Assembly: GCA_963710375.1 (NCBI GenBank)
Contig: CAVPZX010000005.1
Location: forward strand, 128,001 to 192,000
Direction: 5' to 3'
Origin: Nitrospirota bacterium
Lineage (GTDB): Bacteria; Nitrospirota; Thermodesulfovibrionia; Thermodesulfovibrionales; Dissulfurispiraceae
DNA: 64,000 nucleotides
Shown in pieces: positions 22,550 through 31,459 of the stretch. A program made the translations under genes and the position numbers. The notes beneath the pieces were generated by a model, which was not told the DNA's origin, searched no databases, and worked only from the letters and a program-made list of their open reading frames with translations. Within the stretch, counting starts at the first letter, position 1. Every line of letters starts with the position of its first letter.

Positions 22550-24193
22550 ATGGAAGAAAAAAGAATGGATGAGGACAAATTAGCTGAAGGGCAGTGCTCC
22601 ACCCCGAAAACATGCGCGGTGGAGAAAAAAGGGGTTAGCGAAGACTGGATGTCATTGTGGATCGGGCTTTTCCTTTTCATTCTTTCCCTGGGTGTTTTTA
22701 TTGGAGCAGACCTTATGGGTTGGGGAGTGACTACCGCCGTTTGGACCGATTCATCAAAAGCACTTTCTCCTATATCGAAAAGTTTTCAGGGCATAAAGGG
22801 AGAGATTACAAAAATAGAAGGCCAAAAGCTCACCCTGAAAAAGGCAGACGGTAAAGAAGAGACGATCACAGTAAAAGAAGATATAACTCAGCTGAAAGTC
22901 GGCGGCACATACGAAAAGAAGGGCCTAGCAGGTTTTATCTCCCTTTTGCTGACCTATCTGTTCCTGCTGGTCGTCATGTCGATCGGCGCTGCAGCACTAA
23001 AGGCCGATATCGGAAGGTTTGTCATCGGTTTCACAATCGTGTTCTGGATAAGCTACATATGCTGGATTGTCGGCAGTTGGGCGCATATAGCCGTAACAAC
23101 CCCTTCCGACATGAAAAAATTCGGTATCGAATGGTCCCTGAAATTAACTCCTGAAGCCGGATTCATAGTTGCCCTGGTCGCCGGCCTTATAGTGGGCAAT
23201 TTCTTCCCTGGCATTGCCGGAGCCATGAAAGAGGCGGTAAGACCTGAATTGTATATCAAGACCGCCATTGTCATTCTCGGAGGATTTCTCGGCGTTGTTG
23301 CTGCAGAGAAACTTGGGCTGGCAACCGCGGTAATGTTCAGGGGACTCTGCGCTATTGTCGAGGCATATCTGATTTACTGGGCCCTTGTGTATTTTGTCGC
23401 ACGGAAATATTTCAAATTCAGCAAGGAGTGGGCCGCTCCACTTGCATCAGGCATATCCATTTGCGGCGTCTCGGCGGCCATCGCCACAGGCGGCGCCATA
23501 AGGGCAAGGCCTATGATCCCAATCATGGTCTCATCTCTTGTTGTCATATTTGCCGTCGTCGAACTCCTTGTCCTTCCGTTTCTTGCTGAGAATTTCCTCT
23601 GGAAAGAACCCATGGTTGCAGGGGCCTGGATGGGACTTGCAGTAAAAACGGATGGGGCTGCAGTAGCGAGCGGCGCCGTCACCGAGTCGCTTATAAGAGC
23701 AAAGGCGTTGGCAATGGAAGGCGTTAATTACAAGGAAGGCTGGATATTAGGAGCTGCTGCAACGGTAAAAGTGTTTATCGATATTTTTATCGGTGTATGG
23801 GCGTTTGTACTGGCTATAATATGGTGTACGGTTATTGAATGCAAACCTGGCGAAAAGGTCCGTGTCGGTGAAATATGGGACAGATTTCCCAAATTTGTCA
23901 TCGGCTATGTAATTACATTCGCGGTGATATTATATATGGGCCTTACCTTTCCCGGCCTTATGGGCAAGACAAAAGCAGCAATGGGCGAAGGGAATGTCTT
24001 CAGGGGGATATTCTTTACCATGACCTTTTTCTCCATTGGCGTTGTCTCCAACTTCAAAAAACTGTGGGAAGAAGGGATAGGCAAATTAGCGGCAGTCTAT
24101 CTCTTATGCCTATTCGGCTTTATTATCTGGATAGGACTTTTCATTTCATGGCTATTCTTCCATGGAGTGAAACCGCCGGTGATAACAGGGTAA
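22550..24193 (+). CDS. Putative sulfate exporter (YeiH/PSE) family membrane transporter
   Basis: Multi-TM protein with GISICGVSAAIAT, AWMGLAVKTDGAAVA and RFPKFVIG. Confidence 0.85.
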   Translation: MEEKRMDEDKLAEGQCSTPKTCAVEKKGVSEDWMSLWIGLFLFILSLGVFIGADLMGWGVTTAVWTDSSKALSPISKSFQGIKGEITKIEGQKLTLKKADGKEETITVKEDITQLKVGGTYEKKGLAGFISLLLTYLFLLVVMSIGAAALKADIGRFVIGFTIVFWISYICWIVGSWAHIAVTTPSDMKKFGIEWSLKLTPEAGFIVALVAGLIVGNFFPGIAGAMKEAVRPELYIKTAIVILGGFLGVVAAEKLGLATAVMFRGLCAIVEAYLIYWALVYFVARKYFKFSKEWAAPLASGISICGVSAAIATGGAIRARPMIPIMVSSLVVIFAVVELLVLPFLAENFLWKEPMVAGAWMGLAVKTDGAAVASGAVTESLIRAKALAMEGVNYKEGWILGAAATVKVFIDIFIGVWAFVLAIIWCTVIECKPGEKVRVGEIWDRFPKFVIGYVITFAVILYMGLTFPGLMGKTKAAMGEGNVFRGIFFTMTFFSIGVVSNFKKLWEEGIGKLAAVYLLCLFGFIIWIGLFISWLFFHGVKPPVITG

Positions 24194-24214
24194 GCAAGGC
24201 AATTAATAAAGCAA

Positions 24215-24254
24215 TTGGTCATAGGTGACGGGAAAAACCTATAACCCATAACCT
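24215..24254. repeat. Short heptamer-repeat hairpin (TAGGTCA/TAACCYA type)
   Basis: ttggtca taggtga ... acctataacccataacct. Confidence 0.5.
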
Positions 24255-24273
24255 GTATTATTTAGGAGGTATT

Positions 24274-24435
24274 ATGGCTGAAACACCAAAGATAGCAGAA
24301 GAGATAAAAAAAATGGAATACGAACCCCTCTTGCCCGTGGAGAAAAAACTGATAGTCTGGAGTCTGGCCCTGGGGACCGGCCTGATTTTTATTCTATACT
24401 GGATTAGCGCAACATTCTTCCCGGGCGGACACTAA
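24274..24435 (+). CDS. 53-aa single-TM membrane protein, absent from the ORF track
   Basis: AGGAGGT SD; MAETPKIAEEIKKMEYEPLLPVEKKLIVWSLALGTGLIFILYWISATFFPGGH. Confidence 0.8.
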   Translation: MAETPKIAEEIKKMEYEPLLPVEKKLIVWSLALGTGLIFILYWISATFFPGGH

Positions 24436-24441
24436 AAACCC

Positions 24442-24518
24442 GGCAGAGGTATAGGAAAAGGTAGTGACGAATTATACTGTTTATTAGCCGTCACTTTACC
24501 TCTACCTCTACCTTTGCC
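24442..24518. repeat. Hexamer tandem-repeat hairpin (AGGTAG-like) between convergent genes
   Basis: ggcagaggtataggaaaaggtagtgacg ... cgtcactttacctctacctctacctttgcc. Confidence 0.7.
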
Positions 24519-24906
24519 TTTCTTTTCTGTGCGAGATAGCTTTATCAATAACTTCCACTATGGCACTTGGAGTAAAGGGCTTCTCGATATAATCGAAAGC
24601 CCCCAGTTTTCTGATAGCCTGCGCCGCAGTGGTTATCGCAGTGGTTATCGTATGGTAGCCGGTAATCATTATTACCTCGATATCCGGCCACTGTTCTTTT
24701 ATCTTTCTTAGCACCTCGATTCCATCGATATCGGGCATTTTAAGATCAGTAAGCACGATATCAATAGGCTCTTTTGCAAGGATGCTGAGCCCTTCTGCCG
24801 CACTTCCGGTGCTCTTGACCTCGTATCCCTCGGGAGAGAGGATACGCCGGCAACTTACACAAATAATCTCTTCATCATCTATAATAAGCACCCTGCCTTT
24901 GCTCAT
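24508..24906 (-). CDS. Response regulator receiver protein
   Basis: VLIIDDE, LTDLKMP, ITGY, AFDYIEKPF. Confidence 0.9.
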   Translation of the reverse strand: MSKGRVLIIDDEEIICVSCRRILSPEGYEVKSTGSAAEGLSILAKEPIDIVLTDLKMPDIDGIEVLRKIKEQWPDIEVIMITGYHTITTAITTAAQAIRKLGAFDYIEKPFTPSAIVEVIDKAISHRKERQR

Positions 24907-24907
24907 T

Positions 24908-24993
24908 TCAGCAATTTTCCCCTTTCCCGCCTCGCGGTTGACCCTGATAGTTCCGGAATGTCTTGCTATTATACCATGACTTACGGCGAGACC
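24908..24993 (-). pseudogene. Relic C-terminus of a histidine kinase HATPase_c domain
   Basis: Translates GLAVSHGIIARHSGTIRVNREAGKGENC*, with no start codon and an in-frame stop immediately before it. Confidence 0.7.
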
Positions 24994-25007
24994 TCACCAA
25001 TAACCGC

Positions 25008-25189
25008 AGATCCGGTAGTGGGCCGGTTTGTTTTTGCTCTGTATCACCTGGGTTATCAGTAGTGGGCGAGTAACGCCGAGCCCACATGTATATAAGTAGC
25101 GACCACAGATAATGCTCAATATAGGCCAGTGCTTGAATTTAACGGCTAATTGATACAGAGCAAAAACAAACCGGCCCACTACCGGATCT
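25008..25189. mobile_element. Palindromic element, family 1 copy B (inverted relative to copy A)
   Basis: Perfect 39-bp IR AGATCCGGTAGTGGGCCGGTTTGTTTTTGCTCTGTATCA; interior differs from copy A at about 7 positions by eye. Confidence 0.85.
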
Positions 25190-25234
25190 CCTCCTAAGTT
25201 GACTGCATAAGGGTGATAAGAGTTATTATTATCA

Positions 25235-26371
25235 ATGTTTACCTTGCTGAGTAAAAAAGTAAATTCCCTTGCCTGGAAACTTATATTCGGCATTGGCGGC
25301 CTCATGGTGCTTGTGGGGTTCCTGTTTGCCATAACTTTCAATAAACAGTTCCCTGATGTGCCGCTCGAAAAGACCTTTTATTACGGCGGTCCTTTCGTGA
25401 TCATCATAACGGTTATATTGTTCCTGATACTTTACAACTTCGTTATGAAGCCTCTTTCGTACCTGGTTGAAGGGATGAAACGCCTCTCAGCAGGCGACAT
25501 GGACTATAGAATCAACATTGACAGTCATGATGAGATCGGGCACCTGGCTCGTTCCTTTAACGCCATGTCGGACGAGCTGAAAGAGTACAAGGAAAAGATG
25601 GAAAACTGGACCAAAAGCCTCGAAGAGGAAGTGGAGAAAAAGACTGCTGAAATATATAAAGCCCAGGAACACTTGATCAATACTGAGAAGCTTGCCTCAC
25701 TGGGACGCATGGCTGCCGGTGTCGCCCATGAAATAAACAGTCCCCTCACCGGCATCGTAACCTTTGCACATCTGATGATTAAGCGCACCCCTGCTGAAAA
25801 CAAGCAGGACATTGAAGACCTTAAAACTATTATTGACCAGGCGGAGCGGTGCTCGAAGATCATAAGTGGTCTCCTCGGATTCTCCAGAAAGAGCGCTTCA
25901 GAGAAAAGCATGGTTGATCTCAATACATTGATTTCAAACACGCTGGCAATGGTCAGGCATCAGTCGAGGTTCCTGAATATTCTTTTTGATCTGCAGCTTG
26001 ACACCACAATTCCCAAAGTGAACGTTGATCCGAACCAGATCCAGCAGGTCTTCTTAAACTTGCTGATCAATGCAGCCGATGCGATGGAAAAAAAGGGAAA
26101 GGTAACCCTGGCTACCAGGCTGGTCGAAAATAACGCCGCCAAATTCGTAGAGTTCGAAATTGCCGACACGGGCTCGGGGATTCCCGAAGATATCCTCGGC
26201 AAGATATTCGAGCCGTTCTTTACCACTAAACCCGCAGGCAAGGGGACAGGTCTGGGGCTTGCTGTAAGTTACGGAATCATTAAAAAACACGAAGGCACTA
26301 TATTTGCCAAAAGCACGCCGGGTAGTGGAGCGAGCTTTTACATTCATCTGCCTGTGCCGCGGGCGGCCTAA
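25235..26371 (+). CDS. HAMP histidine kinase with two TM helices and a very short loop
   Basis: HAMP ([13 protein letters not shown]), [23 protein letters not shown]. Confidence 0.92.
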   Translation: MFTLLSKKVNSLAWKLIFGIGGLMVLVGFLFAITFNKQFPDVPLEKTFYYGGPFVIIITVILFLILYNFVMKPLSYLVEGMKRLSAGDMDYRINIDSHDEIGHLARSFNAMSDELKEYKEKMENWTKSLEEEVEKKTAEIYKAQEHLINTEKLASLGRMAAGVAHEINSPLTGIVTFAHLMIKRTPAENKQDIEDLKTIIDQAERCSKIISGLLGFSRKSASEKSMVDLNTLISNTLAMVRHQSRFLNILFDLQLDTTIPKVNVDPNQIQQVFLNLLINAADAMEKKGKVTLATRLVENNAAKFVEFEIADTGSGIPEDILGKIFEPFFTTKPAGKGTGLGLAVSYGIIKKHEGTIFAKSTPGSGASFYIHLPVPRAA

Positions 26372-26379
26372 GAGGTACA

Positions 26380-26733
26380 ATGCAACTGACGAAAATAATA
26401 GAAATGGTAAACGGCACCGTCGTTATCAACGGCGGCGTAGAAACGATGGACATTACCTCTGTCTGCAGCGCCGACCTTTTAAGCAATGTATTACGTTACG
26501 GCAAAAAAGGAGCTTTACTGGTCACTACCCTGAACCAGCCCCAGGTAATCAGAAGCGCAGAAATCTCGGATATTCCGGCGGTTCTGCTGGCTTTAGGAGG
26601 AATACCGGAAGAAGGGATGATCGCGCTTGCCAGAGAGAAAAACATTGTTCTCATAACAACACTCATGCCTATGTACACAACTTGCGGGATACTCTATACC
26701 TCCGGGCTGAGAAGCTGTGTCGATGATGCCTGA
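26380..26733 (+). CDS. DRTGG-domain protein
   Basis: CSADLLSNVL, LLVTTL, QVIRSAE, PMYTTCGILY. Confidence 0.75.
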   Translation: MQLTKIIEMVNGTVVINGGVETMDITSVCSADLLSNVLRYGKKGALLVTTLNQPQVIRSAEISDIPAVLLALGGIPEEGMIALAREKNIVLITTLMPMYTTCGILYTSGLRSCVDDA

Positions 26734-27184
26734 GTCCTGTTCACTCGAAGGAAGTTTCCATCTCATGGGCGGGGATTTCACTAATGCCGGTTCTGCTTCG
26801 AGCGAATTAAAGGCAATACTCGTCAAGTTCGGGGTGGCGCAGAATATAGTGAGAAGGGCTGCCATTGCGGCCTTTGAGGCCGAAATGAATGTTATTATAC
26901 ATGCGGTGGCCGGGACCCTGCACTATATGATCACTGCTGAAGTCCTGACGATTACAGTCACAGATATGGGGCCCGGCATAGAAGATGTCAATCTTGCCAT
27001 GCAGAAGGGGTATTCCACTGCCCCTGACTGGGTCCGGGAGATGGGCTGGGGGGCCGGTATGGGCCTGCCCAATATCAGCAAACACTCCGACTCCTTTAAG
27101 CTTGATACTGTTGTAGGAGAAGGAACAACCCTCGAGATTTTTTTTAACTTAAGGCTCACGAATGCACAAGTTATTCATTCGTGA
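26723..27184 (+). CDS. Anti-sigma-factor-type Ser/Thr kinase (RsbT/RsbW-like HATPase)
   Basis: DFTNAGSAS, EAEMNVIIH, DMGPGI, GAGMGLPNI. Confidence 0.85.
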   Translation: MMPESCSLEGSFHLMGGDFTNAGSASSELKAILVKFGVAQNIVRRAAIAAFEAEMNVIIHAVAGTLHYMITAEVLTITVTDMGPGIEDVNLAMQKGYSTAPDWVREMGWGAGMGLPNISKHSDSFKLDTVVGEGTTLEIFFNLRLTNAQVIHS

Positions 27185-27202
27185 GCCCTTATAAGGAGAG
27201 AA

Positions 27203-27565
27203 ATGCTGACAGTTAACAGTGTTGCCGAAAAACTTGGATTGAAAGTAGTGGTTCAGGGAGATTTATCCGAAATAGTTAGCGGTTGTTACATCAGCGATCT
27301 CCTTTCCGATGTGATGGCGCACAGTAATGACCATGAACTATGGATAACGCTGCAGACACACCCGAACATTGTGGCAGTTGCGGTCATCAAAGGGCTATCC
27401 GCCATTATTTTAACAAACGATAGAAATCCTGAACCTGCCACAATAAAAAAAGCCGAGGCTGAAAAAGTGACGATCATGATAAGCCCCCATACCACATTTG
27501 AGCTTTCGGGCCTCCTATATTCTATGATAAAAGACAGCCGGCCTCCTCAGGCAGGTACGTCCTAA
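27203..27565 (+). CDS. DRTGG-domain protein (HPr-kinase N-terminal-like)
   Basis: GCYISDLLSDVM, LWITLQTHPNIVAVA. Confidence 0.8.
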   Translation: MLTVNSVAEKLGLKVVVQGDLSEIVSGCYISDLLSDVMAHSNDHELWITLQTHPNIVAVAVIKGLSAIILTNDRNPEPATIKKAEAEKVTIMISPHTTFELSGLLYSMIKDSRPPQAGTS

Positions 27566-27579
27566 TCTGTTCGCCTAAA

Positions 27580-28320
27580 GTGAGATACTACAAAGCGGAT
27601 CTTCATATCCATTCTTGCCTTTCACCATGCGCAGAAATCGACATGACCCCCCGGAGGATCATTAATTCGGCACTCGACAAAGGGCTGCATATAATTGCGG
27701 TATCGGACCATAATTCTGCCGAAAATACCGGGGTTGCAGTCAGGACAGGCCTGGATGAAGGGATTACTGTTCTGCCCGCTATGGAATTGACCTCCCAGGA
27801 GGAGGTACATGTGCTGGCTATTTTTAATTCAGAGGAGAACGTTGCCGCAATGCAGGGGATCGTCTATGATACACTGCAGAGCGGTGTCAATGACGAATTG
27901 GGCATAGGTTATCAACTGGTCGTAAACGAACTCGATGAAATCCTCGACTATAACAAGAGGCTCCTTATAGGGGCAACCAGCCTTTCTCTCAGCGAACTGG
28001 TAACAAATATTCATGCCTTTGGCGGGATAGCAGTTGCCAGCCATATTGACAGGCAGAGTTTCAGTGTCATGTCCCAGCTCGGATTTATTCCGGACGATGT
28101 AGCATTCGATGCCCTGGAAATTTCGTATGCCATGGATTTGCCGGATGCGATAGTACAATTCGGCAGCTATACCGGGATACCATGGGTTACCTCATCAGAT
28201 GCCCACAATCTGGGTGATATAGGCAGGCGATTCACTACTTTTCTCCTGAAAGAACCTACATTTGATGAGATCGCACTTGCATTGAAAGGCGAGAGAACAA
28301 TTGAATGGGGGAAAGAATAA
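27580..28320 (+). CDS. PHP-domain phosphoesterase
   Basis: DLHIHSCLSPC, SDHN, HIDR, SSDAH. Confidence 0.9.
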   Translation: MRYYKADLHIHSCLSPCAEIDMTPRRIINSALDKGLHIIAVSDHNSAENTGVAVRTGLDEGITVLPAMELTSQEEVHVLAIFNSEENVAAMQGIVYDTLQSGVNDELGIGYQLVVNELDEILDYNKRLLIGATSLSLSELVTNIHAFGGIAVASHIDRQSFSVMSQLGFIPDDVAFDALEISYAMDLPDAIVQFGSYTGIPWVTSSDAHNLGDIGRRFTTFLLKEPTFDEIALALKGERTIEWGKE

Positions 28321-28412
28321 TTACGAATTAAGAATTAGGAATTAGGAATTAAAAAAAATGAACATAATATTTTTTCCACAATTCGTAATTCCTAATTCCT
28401 AATTCGTAATTA
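28318..28412. repeat. Heptamer tandem-repeat hairpin (GAATTAN)
   Basis: taattacgaattaagaattaggaattaggaatt / aattcgtaattcctaattcctaattcgtaatta; 33-bp arms, 2 mismatches. Confidence 0.9.
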
Positions 28413-28420
28413 ATAGAAAT

Positions 28421-28972
28421 ATGGAAGACTTATCGCTGCACATGCTTGATATAGCAGAAAACTCCATCGATGCCGGCGCGACTAATATCGATATAATCAT
28501 AAAAGAGAGTTCTGCCGAAGACCTCCTTACTTTCAGCATCCGCGATAACGGCAGGGGGATGGATGCCGAAACTCTTGAGAAGGTCACCGACCCTTTCTTT
28601 ACGACAAAAAAGGTAAGGAGATTCGGCCTTGGCATTCCCCTGCTCAAGCAGGCGGCTGAAGAATGCAACGGCGCGTTTGCCCTGGAATCCTCACCTGGCG
28701 CAGGAACTCTCATCACAGTTGTATTCCAGCGCAGCCATATCGACAGAAAGCCCATGGGAAATATAGGGTCAACGATGGTCGTCCTTATAAGCGGCCACCC
28801 CGAAATAGATTTTACGCTGACATATGTGCGAGACGATTTTTCCTATCAGTTTGACAGCTCTGCAGTGAAAAAAACGCTCGATGGGGTGCCAATTAATCTG
28901 CCCGATGTTTTAAAATTAATACAGGGCGACATAAACGAAGCAGTACAGGGAGATGAAGCATATGGCACATAA
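28421..28972 (+). CDS. Stand-alone HATPase_c ATP-binding protein
   Basis: LSLHMLDIAENS, DNGRGM, DPFFTT, GLGIPL, HIDRKPMG. Confidence 0.85.
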   Translation: MEDLSLHMLDIAENSIDAGATNIDIIIKESSAEDLLTFSIRDNGRGMDAETLEKVTDPFFTTKKVRRFGLGIPLLKQAAEECNGAFALESSPGAGTLITVVFQRSHIDRKPMGNIGSTMVVLISGHPEIDFTLTYVRDDFSYQFDSSAVKKTLDGVPINLPDVLKLIQGDINEAVQGDEAYGT

Positions 28973-29013
28973 AGGGGCGTATAAGCATATTTATGCACTC
29001 ATTGTCGTGAAAG

Positions 29014-29205
29014 ATGGACAACATTGATTGTTTTTTGTGCAGGCATTTTTATATCACCTGGGACAGGCACTTCCCTTATGGATGCAAGGCCTTAGGTTTT
29101 AAAAGCAAAAGCATGCCTTCCGAGGAGGTGTTCAATGCCTCTGCTCAGGAATGCCTGAGATATGAGAAAAAGCTTAATCTCCCGAAGCAATTAAAAAAAA
29201 CTTGA
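29014..29205 (+). CDS. Small Cys-rich conserved hypothetical protein
   Basis: CxxCRHFYITWD...PYGC...GFKS...C pattern, likely metal-binding. Confidence 0.7.
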   Translation: MDNIDCFLCRHFYITWDRHFPYGCKALGFKSKSMPSEEVFNASAQECLRYEKKLNLPKQLKKT

Positions 29206-29232
29206 ATGGTGAATGGGTGAATAGTGCCCGTG

Positions 29233-29262
29233 TTGACTTTACCCTGCTGGGAAATTTATAAT
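29233..29262 (+). promoter_or_regulatory. sigma70 promoter of the rpmH operon
   Basis: TTGACT-N18-TATAAT upstream of the GGAGG SD. Confidence 0.65.
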
Positions 29263-29296
29263 TTGTGTTCAATATTTTGAGCGGAGGGTATTTATA

Positions 29297-29437
29297 ATGG
29301 GAACATATACGACATTTCACCCGCATAACAGCAGAAGGAAAAAGACCCACGGCTTTCTTACCCGGATGAGCACCAGCGGGGGCAGAAAGGTGCTGAAGAA
29401 CAGAAGGGCAAAGGGCAGGAAACGTTTGGCAGGCTGA
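29297..29437 (+). CDS. rpmH: 50S ribosomal protein L34, absent from the ORF track
   Basis: [46 protein letters not shown]. Confidence 0.95.
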   Translation: MGTYTTFHPHNSRRKKTHGFLTRMSTSGGRKVLKNRRAKGRKRLAG

Positions 29438-29561
29438 CGGGTTCGTAAAAAAACTCATATGCTGCGTTACGCTTCATGCCTCCTCACTGCGACGTACAAA
29501 AGGTACGTCTCATTCGTCGGCATTCGCGTGCCTTGCCTATGAGCTTTTTACGAACCCGTCA
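29435..29561. mobile_element. Structured palindromic element, family 2 copy D
   Basis: IR TGACGGGTTCGTAAAAA...TTTTTACGAACCCGTCA; homologous to 49511-49677. Confidence 0.85.
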
Positions 29562-29593
29562 ATATTAAACATATGAAGGGGAGGCATTCCTCG

Positions 29594-29803
29594 GTGAAGA
29601 CGTTGCTAATTGCCTTTGTGAAACTATACCGGTACACGATTTCACCTGTATTGCCTTCCAATTGCAGATTCACGCCGTCATGTTCGGAGTATTCCATTGA
29701 GGCATTAAAGGAATACGGTGCGGTCAAGGGCGGCTATCTTACCATTAAAAGAATTTTAAAGTGCCATCCATTTCACCCGGGCGGATATGACCCGGTAAAA
29801 TAA
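29594..29803 (+). CDS. yidD: Membrane protein insertion efficiency factor YidD
   Basis: [36 protein letters not shown] start after GGGGAGG. Confidence 0.93.
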   Translation: MKTLLIAFVKLYRYTISPVLPSNCRFTPSCSEYSIEALKEYGAVKGGYLTIKRILKCHPFHPGGYDPVK

Positions 29804-29821
29804 ATGTAAAGGATTTTTGTT

Positions 29822-31354
29822 ATGGAAAAAAGGACCTTTCTCGCGATCGCTATTTCTATTGCCATACTGCTTGTATACCAGTATTTTTTTGTGAAACCTG
29901 CAGCACCTCCGGTTACCGGCCGTGGCATTGTAAAGGAAGCCGCTAAAGAGGAAGCGAAACAGGCTTCTGCTACCCCCCCGGCCTTAATCCCAAACACCGA
30001 GGCGACCGAAACGGAAAGAGACGTGGTTGTGGACAGCGACCTGTATACTGCTACCTTAAGTTCCAAGGGTGGCACCATAAAAAGCATTCTTCTTAAGCAG
30101 TACAATGACGAAAGCGGAAAACCGATAGTGTTAAAGAGCGAAGATGTCCTTCCTCCGTTTTCGATCGGGGCGAATGAGGGGTTCCAATTTGCGCATGCTC
30201 CATTCCAGATTCTCGGCAGCAATGTAAAACTCACTCCTGAACTGAATTCCGCATCAATTGCCTTCGACTATTCCGACAATGGAATATCTATCCGCAGGAC
30301 CTATACTTTTCATTATGGCGACTATGCATTTGACCTTAAAGATGAAGTGAACGGTCTTCCATCATATTGGATAACGCTTGGAAAAGATTTCGGCATTTAT
30401 AATAAAGAGACTGCGCGCTCAGTACACTATGGGCCTGTCGTATTGAAGGATGCTGACAGGCTTGAATTTTCTGCGCCCAAATTGAAGGAGCCCAAAATCA
30501 TTAAAGAGGGTGTTAAATGGATTGCACAGGAGGACAAGTATTTCTTTTCTTCCCTGATTCCCAAAGGGCCTGTTGATGAAGTAAGGGTATGGGATCAAAA
30601 CGGTGAGGCGCAGGTGGCTGCGGAATTTAAGGGAGGGACAAATAACTATATGCTTTATGCCGGTCCTAAAGAAAACAACCGGCTCCTGCAATATCATGTA
30701 GGGCTCGAGTACGTGATAGATTTCGGTTTCTTCTCCATTATCGCTCGCCCTCTGTTCTGGGTTTTGAAGCTGTTCTACAAGGTTTTTCATAATTACGGGG
30801 TTGCCATCGTTATTCTTACCACCATAGTGAGGATTCCGTTTATTCCGCTGGTGAACAAAGGGCAGCAATCTATGAAGAAGCTTCAGGATATACAGCCGAG
30901 AATGGCTGAAATCAAGGAGAAATATAAAAATGACCCGCAGAGAATGCAGAAGGAGGTCATGGAGCTTTACAAAAAGCACAAGGTCAACCCGATGGGCGGC
31001 TGCCTTCCCATGGTGCTGCAGATACCGGTCTTTTTTGCTCTTTATAAAGTGCTCCTCATCTCAATTGAACTGAGGGGGGCGCCCTTCATTTTTTGGATCC
31101 ATGATCTATCCTTAAAGGACCCTACGTATGTTCTGCCGGTAGTTATGGGAATTACCATGGTTATCCAGCAGAAGATGACGCCATCCTCCATGGAGCCGAT
31201 GCAGCAGAAAATGATGATGATTATGCCGGTCGTGTTTACGTTCATGTTCCTGAGCTTTCCGTCAGGCCTTGTCCTGTACTGGCTGGTAAACAATGTGTTA
31301 AGCATCGGCCAACAATTCTATACTAACCGGAAGCTGGCAAAGCAAAAAACGTGA
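29822..31354 (+). CDS. yidC: Membrane protein insertase YidC
   Basis: YAGPK, NYGVAIV, NPMGGCLP, QIPVFFALY, GLVLYW. Confidence 0.96.
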   Translation: MEKRTFLAIAISIAILLVYQYFFVKPAAPPVTGRGIVKEAAKEEAKQASATPPALIPNTEATETERDVVVDSDLYTATLSSKGGTIKSILLKQYNDESGKPIVLKSEDVLPPFSIGANEGFQFAHAPFQILGSNVKLTPELNSASIAFDYSDNGISIRRTYTFHYGDYAFDLKDEVNGLPSYWITLGKDFGIYNKETARSVHYGPVVLKDADRLEFSAPKLKEPKIIKEGVKWIAQEDKYFFSSLIPKGPVDEVRVWDQNGEAQVAAEFKGGTNNYMLYAGPKENNRLLQYHVGLEYVIDFGFFSIIARPLFWVLKLFYKVFHNYGVAIVILTTIVRIPFIPLVNKGQQSMKKLQDIQPRMAEIKEKYKNDPQRMQKEVMELYKKHKVNPMGGCLPMVLQIPVFFALYKVLLISIELRGAPFIFWIHDLSLKDPTYVLPVVMGITMVIQQKMTPSSMEPMQQKMMMIMPVVFTFMFLSFPSGLVLYWLVNNVLSIGQQFYTNRKLAKQKT

Positions 31355-31453
31355 AAGGTGAATCGTGAAACGTGAACCGCAAAGACCTTCAAGTCTTTCT
31401 TTCACCTCGGTTCTAATCTTTCCACGTTTCACTCTTCACTTTTCACGCTTCAC
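31350..31453. repeat. Heptamer tandem-repeat hairpin (GTGAANN) filling the yidC-mnmE spacer
   Basis: gtgaaag gtgaatc gtgaaac gtgaacc ... gtttcac tcttcac ttttcac gcttcac; the first unit supplies the yidC TGA. Confidence 0.88.
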
Positions 31454-31459
31454 ATTTTT

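Noticed and set aside
29014..29205. Calling the small Cys-rich ORF a uracil-DNA glycosylase
   Set aside because: At 63 aa it is far too short and lacks UDG catalytic motifs.
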